Positions 29,298-37,900 of a stretch of DNA of 64,000 nt are shown here, piece by piece. Each line of letters begins with the position of its first letter. Position 1 is the stretch's first letter. The DNA is from an uncultured Candidatus Saccharibacteria bacterium (GTDB lineage: Bacteria > Patescibacteriota > Minisyncoccia > Phycocordibacterales > UBA3531): contig CAYIAA010000004.1 in assembly GCA_964361405.1 (NCBI GenBank), forward strand, positions 10,508 through 74,507. Reading direction: 5' to 3'. The position numbers and the translations under genes are program-made. The notes under the pieces are model-generated. The model was given only the letters and a program-made list of their open reading frames with translations. It made no database searches and was not told the origin of the DNA.

Positions 29298-29537
29298 CGG
29301 GCACAGGTGTAACGGTAACATGCACGGTTTGGGGTTCCCTTTTGTGTCGGGGCATGGTGTAACGGTAACATGCACGGTTCGGGATCGTGTGACTCCGGGT
29401 TCGAATCCCGGTGCCCCGACACAAAAGGGAACCCAATGTCTGGGGGACATTGGAGGAAGTTTACAGAAATAAACTTGTTTGACTCCGGGTTCCCTGGCCG
29501 ACTGCGTCAGCGGACTAGGCGAATCCCGGTGCCCCGA
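29298..29537 (+). pseudogene. Disrupted tRNA-Pro-like copy. Its 5' fragment (29298-29330) and 3' fragment (29478-29537, with a 28-nt insertion in the T-loop) are separated by the intact tRNA-Pro(CGG) unit. The whole is flanked by a 21/22-nt inverted repeat (29284-29304 / 29529-29550).
   Basis: The 5' fragment shares GGTGTAACGGTAACATGCACGGTT (24/24) with the intact gene, but its acceptor is missing one G. The 3' fragment has CCGGG TT [CCCTGGCCGACTGCGTCAGCGGACTAGG] CGAAT CCCGG TGCCCCG A. Confidence 0.5.
29348..29419 (+). tRNA. tRNA-Pro(CGG), no encoded CCA. The leader and trailer form a perfect 23-bp helix that includes the acceptor stem.
   Basis: Hand-folded: acceptor CGGGGCA/TGCCCCG, D-arm GTGT AACGGTA ACAT, anticodon stem CACGG/TCGTG, loop TTCGGGA (CGG, G37), variable TGACT, T-arm CCGGG TTCGAAT CCCGG, discriminator A. 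Confidence 0.85.
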
Positions 29538-29570
29538 TAGAGGAGACGATTACTAATAGAGAGTTTGAAA

Positions 29571-29644
29571 GGGCCCGTAGTTCAGTGGTAAAACGCTCGA
29601 TTCGCATTCGAGAGGCGGGAGTCCGATTCTCCCCGGGTCCACCA
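29571..29644 (+). tRNA. tRNA-Ala(CGC), CCA encoded
   Basis: Acceptor GGGCCCG/CGGGTCC with G3:U70, anticodon stem CTCGA/TCGAG, loop TTCGCAT, T-arm GGGAG TCCGATT CTCCC, discriminator A, then CCA. Confidence 0.8.
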
Positions 29645-29667
29645 TTTCAGATTTGTCGAAGAAGTTG

Positions 29668-29698
29668 CCCCTGCCTGCCGGTAGGCAGGCAGGGGTTT
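29668..29698 (+). terminator. Terminator-like hairpin (12-bp stem CCCCTGCCTGCC/GGCAGGCAGGGG, loop GGTA) followed by TTT
   Basis: Seen directly, 24 nt after the last tRNA of the array. Confidence 0.5.
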
Positions 29699-29764
29699 CA
29701 CGCCACCGCAGAGAACGATTTTGGCCGGGTTGAGATGGTTGGATTTGCTATACTATTCTGAATA

Positions 29765-30121
29765 ATGAATATACTGATTATCGCGGAACCAATAACAATA
29801 AGTGAGGTTAAGGCGCTTGCCGAGGTGACCTACGGGGACATGCTTAAAGGGGTCGTTGATATTGTCCGCGACCGTTGCGCGCTTGGTGGCGAGTGGCATA
29901 TAGATGCTAATAATGTCCTTCTTGCCGACGGGTCGCGGCAGGAAAATCTTTGGGGATTCAACATTTATCCAGATCGCCACGGGGACGAAGCTCTTGAATA
30001 CGTGTCGCTTATCAATGTGCGTCCCGCGCACGGAAACACAGCAATGGAAATCAGCGATACAAACTTACGAAGCACGATGCGCAGTATTATCAAGCGCCTC
30101 GTCCCCGACTTATTTTCATGA
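29765..30121 (+). CDS. Hypothetical protein (118 aa). First gene of a translationally coupled pair.
   Basis: ATG at 29765. The stop overlaps the next start (ATGA). No confidently recognised domain. Confidence 0.5.
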   Translation: MNILIIAEPITISEVKALAEVTYGDMLKGVVDIVRDRCALGGEWHIDANNVLLADGSRQENLWGFNIYPDRHGDEALEYVSLINVRPAHGNTAMEISDTNLRSTMRSIIKRLVPDLFS

Positions 30122-30387
30122 AGGAACGGAGCGCAAAATTTTACTTTGCAAATTTATGTGCGGATGTTATGCGCTGTATTATCGCTGCAGAAGCCCTTGA
30201 TGCGGAGCGTTATCGCTCGTCACTTGCCCGCGCCAGAACAACACTTTCGAGAATTCGTGATACCCGCCGTTATGAAGCGTATGAAGAAGGACTTCTGCTC
30301 ATTCGCGCCTTGGAGCACGCCCGAGAGGGAAACACCTTGGGGGTATTCCGTCGTCAAGTAAATCAACTGGCAACGAGCATAGCGTAA
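30118..30387 (+). CDS. Hypothetical helical protein (89 aa). Second gene of the coupled pair.
   Basis: Overlapping start. Arg-rich helical sequence. No recognised domain. Confidence 0.45.
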   Translation: MKERSAKFYFANLCADVMRCIIAAEALDAERYRSSLARARTTLSRIRDTRRYEAYEEGLLLIRALEHAREGNTLGVFRRQVNQLATSIA

Positions 30388-30399
30388 CCTTGGGTATCA

Positions 30400-31746
30400 C
30401 TACTGATACAACCCTTTCACGTGGGAGAGAAGTATGCCCACGTCTTTCCAGTAATCGTCTGAACCGAGGACGATAACCGCAAGCGGGCGCCTTTCTCCCT
30501 TCATTGCGGTTTCAAATAAAGCTACCATGGTGCCGCCAGCGGCGGTCGTTTGTCCCACTTTGCCGCCGATGAACTCTGGGTTATCACGAAATCCGTTCAT
30601 GCTTTTAACGTTTGAAAATGCGGAAGCGTAGGCGCTTCCTTTCACCGAGCCCGCGCTCACGCTCAAAATGAAGACACGGTTTAGGTAAAGATAGCGGGCC
30701 AGGATAAAGAGATCCTCCGGCGTTGAGATATTTCCCGCACTCGCACCCGTTGGATCGGTAAATGTAGTATTTTTCATCCCAAGCGCCTGCGCCTTTTTAT
30801 TCATCAGTTCGACAAAATAAGTGGGGCCGAGATGGCGTGAGATTGCAAGCGCGGCTTCATTCGATGACTCGAGGAGAATGAGGTTTAGGAGGTCATATGC
30901 GGTGTACTCTTTCCCGATAATGAGCCGCGGCTTTGATGTGCTTGCGATCATCGAAGGAGTTATGGTTATGCTTTTGTCGAGATTTATATACTCGGTTGCG
31001 ACAACGGCAGTCATCAGTTTTGTGACCGAGGCAATTGGAGCTTTTTCTCTCGACCCACGGTCGAGGAAAACGAAGTTATTTTTTAGGTCGGCGACGAGAT
31101 ATTGTTTGGCGAAAACCTCCGGGGTATGGAGACCATGCTTGAAGGAATCGCTCGCGAAGTCATCCTCAAAAACAAGGACCGGTGTTCCAATACTCGCCAT
31201 GCTGAATACTTTTGCGGCATCCATCGTGGCAATACGTACACATCCTCCGGTGTAGCTCGAGCTCACTGGCTCACCCGTGTCATCGGTGGGGACACCGTGG
31301 ATGAAGAAGTTACCTTGAAATTGCATGCTCCATGGCATCGTGACCCGTCCGATGGATGAGAAATGCGTAGTTTCTTTACTCTCAATCTGGTAGATTCCGG
31401 CCGGCGTTTCCCACCACGAACCCTTTCTGCCTTTGGTGAGGATTGGCACATCAAATACGGGTGACCCAGCATTAAACACCGTGAGTTTCATCTGCGAAAG
31501 ATTTACTTCGATAAAGTTTGCTTTTTGTTCGACAAAATCTTTGTGGACGCGGTTAAAAAAATCAACGTTCGCGAGTGCAGTTTGAGGGCCATAGGAGAGT
31601 TTTATTTCACCTCCGTTCTCAAGCGGAACACGAAGTTCATACTCATAGGCAATATCTTTCCAAGCGAGCGTGAAGAGGGCAGTCGCCCCGGCAACGCAGA
31701 GGATGATTGCGATGGCTATTGAAAATGGGATCTGCTGGTGAAACAA
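30400..31746 (-). CDS. Fusion protein: N-terminal TM anchor + L,D-transpeptidase (YkuD) catalytic domain + serine-type D-Ala-D-Ala carboxypeptidase (S11/PBP5-like) domain
   Basis: YkuD motif FIHGVP...SYTGGCVRIATMDAAKVF (His/Cys catalytic pair). PBP motifs SVTKLMT (SxxK), LLESSNEAA (SxN), KVGQTTAAG (KTG-like). Confidence 0.8.
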   Translation of the reverse strand: MFHQQIPFSIAIAIILCVAGATALFTLAWKDIAYEYELRVPLENGGEIKLSYGPQTALANVDFFNRVHKDFVEQKANFIEVNLSQMKLTVFNAGSPVFDVPILTKGRKGSWWETPAGIYQIESKETTHFSSIGRVTMPWSMQFQGNFFIHGVPTDDTGEPVSSSYTGGCVRIATMDAAKVFSMASIGTPVLVFEDDFASDSFKHGLHTPEVFAKQYLVADLKNNFVFLDRGSREKAPIASVTKLMTAVVATEYINLDKSITITPSMIASTSKPRLIIGKEYTAYDLLNLILLESSNEAALAISRHLGPTYFVELMNKKAQALGMKNTTFTDPTGASAGNISTPEDLFILARYLYLNRVFILSVSAGSVKGSAYASAFSNVKSMNGFRDNPEFIGGKVGQTTAAGGTMVALFETAMKGERRPLAVIVLGSDDYWKDVGILLSHVKGLYQ

Positions 31747-31802
31747 GTCGCTTTGAGTTGATAGTAAAGAATTTCTGCTCTCGTGGTTTCAGGCAGAGCT
31801 TC

Positions 31803-32636
31803 TTATGGCTGTAGAATATCTTTGGTCCGGCCGTCGACGGAAATAATCACATCCTTTACGGTCGAGAACTGTTTGAGTGTTTCTTCGATCTGGGCGCGGA
31901 TTGCTGTCACACGGCATGAACCACCGACTGCGCGTTCGAGTTCGCTATCGAACTTTGCGGTCCCGACACCATTGGTGATGGTGAGTTTTTCTAGAGTGAC
32001 ACCGGGGTTCACTGATGTATAGAAGCCTTCATTTTTTTCTTCTAGGGTCGGACCCTTGAGTAGTTCTAGAAGTGCCGCGCGCCCAACATCAGGGCGCTTG
32101 GGAATTTCCCGGAGTACCGGGTACACGAGAGCGCAATCGAGGGTTTCTGGATTTTTAACGCTGTTGCCAAAGTAGACCTTCACCGACATGCGTTCCCCGG
32201 CATTCTCACGGAAGCTCACCGGAATTCGGAAACTGTCGTCATGTTCGGGCAGACCGGATGGATTGTCTTTCATGAAAACGACAAAACCTTCTGTGGTGTC
32301 GTCAGCATTGAAATCTACCTTTCCGGAAAAGGGGACAAAATTTTCCGTCATCCATTCGCTCTCTGCCTGCGCTATTCCCACACCGAGTTCTTTACCCGTT
32401 TTGTCGGTCACACTGACGGGGAAAGATGCCTCAAAAAACCACATTCCCCGCGCTTCACCGCTGAAAGCGAGGGGGCTCTCGACTGTATCGCCCGTTTTCG
32501 GCGCACTCACTCGTATAAGATCGTCTTTTTCTCCACTCCCATTCTCTCCGTAGTTTGTGAGAAGTCTAACGAAAAGAAAAAGAAATCCGAGCACGATCAG
32601 GATACCGAATGCTATTGTAGTTAGATTTTTGCTCAT
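31803..32636 (-). CDS. GerMN domain protein with an N-terminal TM anchor and a Gmad2-like Ig domain
   Basis: TM IAFGILIVLGFLFLFV. Central and C-terminal region with a GerMN-like pattern (LLELLKGPTLEEKNEGFYTSV...LEKLTITNGVGTAKFDSEL). Confidence 0.65.
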   Translation of the reverse strand: MSKNLTTIAFGILIVLGFLFLFVRLLTNYGENGSGEKDDLIRVSAPKTGDTVESPLAFSGEARGMWFFEASFPVSVTDKTGKELGVGIAQAESEWMTENFVPFSGKVDFNADDTTEGFVVFMKDNPSGLPEHDDSFRIPVSFRENAGERMSVKVYFGNSVKNPETLDCALVYPVLREIPKRPDVGRAALLELLKGPTLEEKNEGFYTSVNPGVTLEKLTITNGVGTAKFDSELERAVGGSCRVTAIRAQIEETLKQFSTVKDVIISVDGRTKDILQP

Positions 32637-32685
32637 GGTTTTGTGATGGTAGCAGTTTTAGGTTGGAGAGGCAATGGAGTAAAAA

Positions 32686-32711
32686 AACAAAATCCCGCGA
32701 TTAAGCGGGAT
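32686..32711 (-). terminator. Rho-independent terminator for the RRM gene. On the minus strand: AAAATCCCGC-TTAATC-GCGGGATTTT then GTTTTTTTAC.
   Basis: 10-bp stem seen directly, followed by a T7 run on the minus strand. It lies 47 nt downstream of the RRM-gene stop in the direction of transcription. Confidence 0.6.
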
Positions 32712-32757
32712 TTTGTGTGGCTATCGCCTGACCTACCGATAGGCAGGCCGAAGAAAA

Positions 32758-33099
32758 TTAATATCTTCCCCCGCGACCTCCACCGAATCCTCCACGATCT
32801 CCACCGAAACCGCCGCGGCTTCCACCACCACCACCACCATTAGTCCGCTCGGTCATGGGGCGCGCTTCATTCACGACGATGGTCCGGTCTCCCAATTGGT
32901 GGCCGTTCAACGTCTGGATGGCTTTCTGCGCCTCATCGTCGTTAGACATCTCGACGAAGCCAAATCCTTTGCTCCGTCCGGAGATTCTGTCGGTGATTAC
33001 CTTGGCAGAGTCGACGGTGCCCGCTTGCGCGAAGAGCTCAGAGAGCTCGGCATCGGTCGTCTCATACGGAAGGCTTCCGACATATAACTTCTTTGCCAT
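32758..33099 (-). CDS. RNA-binding protein with an RRM (RNP-1/RNP-2) domain and a Gly/Arg-rich tail
   Basis: RNP-2 LYVGSL, RNP-1 KGFGFVEM, C-terminal GGGGGGSRGGFGGDRGGFGGGRGG. Confidence 0.85.
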   Translation of the reverse strand: MAKKLYVGSLPYETTDAELSELFAQAGTVDSAKVITDRISGRSKGFGFVEMSNDDEAQKAIQTLNGHQLGDRTIVVNEARPMTERTNGGGGGGSRGGFGGDRGGFGGGRGGRY

Positions 33100-33289
33100 A
33101 ATAACTTTTCACTAGGTACGGTGCACCGTCTTACTTAAAAGTAGCCGAAACACACGTATAACTTAGTATGTCCCTGTATCGACTGCGCACCTCTATTTAA
33201 TGATGCAAACAAGGTATCGAGGACAATAGCACAGATAGTTTGAATATGCAATAGTTCAATGCCTTACCATGAAGGGTGCTACACTGTAG

Positions 33290-34192
33290 TTGAGAAAAAT
33301 GCTTAAGGTATGGCTTAACGGCAAGATTGTTTCGGAGCAGAGAGCTCGCGTGTCCATTCGCGCACACGCTCTTCACTACGGCACCGGCGTCTTTGAGGGA
33401 ATCCGGTTTTACGATACGGAAAAAGGGAGAGCAATTTTTAGACTTGATGATCACATCAAGCGTCTCCGTTACTCCGCTCGGGCAATCGGGGTGCAAAATA
33501 TTCCAACTTCGGCAACTATACAAAAAGGAATCATAGACATACTCCGTGCGCACACGTACCGCTCTGGGTATATCCGCCCGATTATTTTTTTCGGAGAAAG
33601 TAATCTTGGGCTTTCCACAGAGGGTCTCAAGGCAGATTTTGCCGTTATTGTTTTGCCGTGGAAAAAATATCTTGCGAAGACATCTATTTCACTCAAGACC
33701 GCAGAGACGCGGCGATTTAACCCGCGCGCATTCGACCCGAACGCGAAGATAAGTGGTGTGTACGTAAATTCAATCACGGCGCACCGCGAAGCGGAAAAAG
33801 CTGGGTGCGACGAGGCACTTCTTCTTGGGGACGACGGCTCGGTCGCTGAAGGAGCAGGGGAGAATATTTTTATCATAAAGCGAGGAGTTCTCTATACGCC
33901 GCCCCGGGGGAATATTCTTCCCGGCATTACGCGGAAGACTGTATTTGAAATTGCAAGAAATTTTAAAATCCCCGTGCGGGAAAAACGCCTCCGCCTCGCC
34001 GATCTCTATCGCGCCGACGAATGTTTCCTCACGGGCACTGCCACGGAAGTGACGCCGGTCGGGCGTATTGACGGGAAATTAATCAATCGCGGCCGCGTTG
34101 GGGACAGTACGTCCCGGATCAGTGACAGATTTCAAGAGATTGTGAATGGTCGCGCGCGGAGCTATTGGCACTTACTCACATTCGTCGGGTAG
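33290..34192 (+). CDS. Class IV (branched-chain amino acid / D-amino acid) aminotransferase
   Basis: HYGTGVFEGIRFY. A Lys-containing active-site region. ENIFIIKRGVLYTPP...LPGITRKTVFEIA matches the fold type IV PLP enzymes. Confidence 0.85.
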   Translation: MRKMLKVWLNGKIVSEQRARVSIRAHALHYGTGVFEGIRFYDTEKGRAIFRLDDHIKRLRYSARAIGVQNIPTSATIQKGIIDILRAHTYRSGYIRPIIFFGESNLGLSTEGLKADFAVIVLPWKKYLAKTSISLKTAETRRFNPRAFDPNAKISGVYVNSITAHREAEKAGCDEALLLGDDGSVAEGAGENIFIIKRGVLYTPPRGNILPGITRKTVFEIARNFKIPVREKRLRLADLYRADECFLTGTATEVTPVGRIDGKLINRGRVGDSTSRISDRFQEIVNGRARSYWHLLTFVG

Positions 34193-34929
34193 CGTCGTAT
34201 GAGCGGGTCTTGGGAAGGGAGGCCAAGGCTCGAAATTTGTGCGACTCCCGTCACGCTTCCCCACTTGGAAGCGAAGCTTCCAAGTGGGGACTTTCGCATA
34301 CTGTGGACCCGCGGGGAGTCGGTCATCCCGCCAAGCGGGACGACCCCGCCTCACTCGCCTGTGCTCGTTCCGGCCTGCGACTCCCTGCAAATATACTGCC
34401 TAATTGTGGTCACGAGTCACTAAGTATATTGCTTCGCATTGCTCGCAATCTACGTAAGTGCTCGCGACCCCGGCTCGTGGTTTCGCCTCTCGACGAAACA
34501 TCACTGCGCCTTCCACAAGCTAAAAATTACGAGCAGTCGTAATTTTGCTTACGCTTGTGGACCCGCGGGGAGTCGGTCACATATAATTTTCTGCTGAAAA
34601 TTTATGCGACCCCGCCTCACTCGCCTGTGCTCGTTCCGGCCTGCGATCCCCGCCACGCTTCGCTACAGTATGCAAAAATCCCCACTAAAAAAGCAGGGAC
34701 TTTCGCATACTGTGGACCCGCGGGGAGTCGCACCCCGGATTCGTCCATGCCATGGACGCGTGTTACTGCTATACTACGGGCCCGTTACGGATTACGGATT
34801 CAATTATACACAGATATACACAGAGTTGCGGAAAATGAAAAAAAGAAGGTTCTCTTTCTTAGTATACTCTATAGATATGAACGCCCAAGAGTTTCTGGGG
34901 TGCGCTTTTGTGGTTAGAAGCCCATCTAA
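34193..34929. repeat. Repeat-rich noncoding region containing: a 39-nt direct repeat (34342-34380 = 34608-34646, identical); a second repeat family GGGACTTTCGCATACTGTGGACCCGCGGGGAGTCG (34287-34325, 34695-34729, partial at 34556-34579); and one copy of the dispersed palindrome (34258-34290).
   Basis: Seen directly by string comparison. The overlapping track ORFs here are judged spurious. Confidence 0.7.
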
Positions 34930-37900
34930 GTGACTAAAATAAAAACAGTGTCATTCAAGCACGCACGTTTCTTATTTGTCTTCGCTGTTCTTGTTGGGGG
35001 AGTGCTTTTCCTAGGCTTGGCGTCACCGAGGACCAGTTTTGCCGCCGCTTGCCAGTCTGCCGCTCCCGGCGGCGCCAACTGGTCAAATGCAGGTGCGTGG
35101 ACGAACTGTGGTGGGACTACCCCGGGTGCCGCTGATACCGTTCAAATCTTGAACGGCGATGTCGTGGCTCTAGACACTAATGCTACTACTACCTCCATTA
35201 CCATCGACAATGGAGGCCTTTTGTACGAAGATGGGGCTCGCGTCTTGGTTGTTTCCGGTGGCTGGACTAATAACGGAACGTTTACGAGTGGCACCGGTTT
35301 GGTGAAATTTACTGGCACTCAAACGATTACTGGCACGACAACTTTCAACGGTCTTGAATTCGCCCCTACCTCTGCCGCCACCTTCACCATCGCCTCCGGC
35401 ACTTTTGCCACGACAACAGGGACCCTAACCATCAGTGGTAGTAACAACGTCACCCTCAATACCGGCAACCTTAATGCTCAAGGCAATATTATGGTTACTA
35501 ACAGTGGCACTGGGGGCGGTGGCACGGCAACCATTACGATCAACGGAACAGGAAGTCAGACCTTGACCGGACCCTCAACACTTGGTCAGGGAATATTACC
35601 CAACCTTACCTACAACAAAACTTCAGGCTCATTTTCCGCGACCGGCAACATTACCGTGAGCGATTTTAGGATTAACGCTGGCACGTTTACCTCGACATCC
35701 GGCACGCTGGAAGTGCAAGGCTCGACCCTCAACATGAGTGGCGGCACGTTTACGCATAACGGCGGCACCGTGAGGATTAAATATTCAATGACCCTCACCG
35801 GCTCGCAGACATTCAACAATTTAGAGCTCATACCGACAGGCGGGCGCACGCTCACCATCGCCTCTGGCACCTTCGCCACGACAACCGGAACCCTGACGTA
35901 CGGTACGTACAGCAACTCTTCCGCCGACAGAATGACCATCAATACCGGCAACATTGACGCGCAGGGCGATATCACGGTTACCAATGTCAGCACTATTTTA
36001 GGCGGCGGCACGGCGACCATTACGATCAACGGCACGGGAGCGCAGGTTTTCACCGGGCCGGCGACGCTCAACGCCAACCCCCTTGCGCGTCTCCCGAAAA
36101 TTACCATAGACAAGCCATCGGGCACACTCACCTTGGCCGGCTTTATCACGGTCGCCGGCAACTGGACGTATGTCCGCGGTACCGTGGACGCGACCACCAA
36201 CGATTCAACCGTCGTCACCATAGCCAACATTACCTTCGACGGCCAGGGGACTTCCGCGACCATGGCATTTGACAACATACGGGTACATGCTGGCACGGTT
36301 ACCTTGGGCGGCAATCTCGACATGGACGGTAACTTGACAATAATTTCTAGCAGATTTCTCGTTGCCGCAGACTTCAGCGTCAATGTCGCCGGCGACTGGA
36401 GCAATAGCGGCACCTACACATCAGGAACCAACACAACCACTTTCGACGGCAGTGGCACCTCTACTATCACCACCGGCGGAACGGGTACGGGCAATGATTT
36501 CCAGGATTTCACCGTCGACAAGTCTGGCGGCGCAACTGCGCAACTTCTGGGACCCCTGGACGTGGACGGCACCCTCACGATTACGGCCGGCACTTTGGAC
36601 TTGAATACCCAGAACCTCTCCACCGTCACCACCTGTGATAATTCCGCCACCTTCAAACTTGCCGGTGATGAAACTATTTCATGTACACCAACCAATAATG
36701 CCGGCTCCACGGTGGAATATACCGCTACGACGACCACCAGAAACATCAAAGATTGGACATATCATCACCTCACGGTGAATGGTAGTGGTGGCACATTCAC
36801 CTCCGGCGCTGACGAAACCATTGGTGGTAATCTCACTGTTTCTGCTGGGACCTTGGACACCTCCACCGGCTCCCGTACGTTTACTGTCAATAACACCCTG
36901 ACGGTAAACGGTGGCACACTCACAGCGACGAATGGCACCTTAAATGCCAACCGCGATGTATCTCTTACCTCCGGGACGCTCACGGCACCCTCGGGCGTCT
37001 TCACCGTCTTAGGCAACTGGGTCCAATCAGGCGGCACTTTCACGCACTCATCGGGCACGGTCACGTTTGCGAGCACTTCTGTCCAGACTTTGAACTCCGG
37101 CGGCTCCACCTTTAATGCTATTTCTCACAATGCCGGCGGCACGCTCCGCTTTTCCACGAATCCTCTCTACGCGTCCTCGACCGTCACCAATTCTGACGGC
37201 ACTTTTGACGCGAATGACCTCGCCGTCCTTGCTGACGGATTGGTTACGGTGAGTGGGGGAGAATACCAGTCAAAAACTGCTTCGAGCACTTTTAGTGGCG
37301 GTTTAACCGTCTCCGGCGGCACGTTCACTGGCTCGACTGGCGGGGTAGAGGTGAATGGTAATCTGGCTTTATCCTCCGGAACGCTCACGGCACCCTCGGG
37401 CCCTTTCCTTGTCTCCGGCTCCTGGTCACAAACGGGTGGCACATTTACTCCCGGTACCGGTACGGTGAGGTTTGATGGAACTGCGGCGGGTAATACGATT
37501 AACACTGGTGGCACATCTTTTTATCAATTGACGGTGAACGGTTCGGGCGGTGCCTGGACACTCGCCACTTCTAACGCCACTACCACTGCCACTACAACCG
37601 TCACCGCCGGCACCTTGACCGTGCCGGCAACTCTCACCCTCAGCACTGCCTCAACTACTATCAACGGGGGAACGCTTACCGCAACCTCTGGCACTTTGGA
37701 TATAAATGGCAACCTCACTCTTTCCTCGGGAACGCTCACCGCGCCGTCGGGGACAATGACGCTCTCCGGAAATTTTACTAACTCGGGCGGCACGTTCACT
37801 CACAGCTCTGGTACCTTTACCTTGGACGGTGCCGACCAGACTCTTTCCGGCGCTACTATCTTTGGGAATCTCACTAAGACTGTCACCAGTGCTCGCATAC

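Noticed and set aside
29254-29560. Group I intron or archaeal-type BHB intron in tRNA-Pro
   Set aside because: The intervening sequence is itself a complete tRNA with its own helix, not an intron core. The outer halves cannot form an intact acceptor stem (one-base deletion) or T-loop (28-nt insert). A disrupted paralog is the simpler reading.
34193-34929. Possible CRISPR array
   Set aside because: The repeats belong to two different families, are irregularly spaced (139-269 nt) and are partly palindromic or degenerate. No cas genes are nearby.
34165-34933. Several overlapping ORFs (125, 120, 109 aa and others) in the repeat-rich region
   Set aside because: Their sequences are dictated by direct and palindromic repeats. 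Frames overlap one another and there is no homology. Judged spurious.
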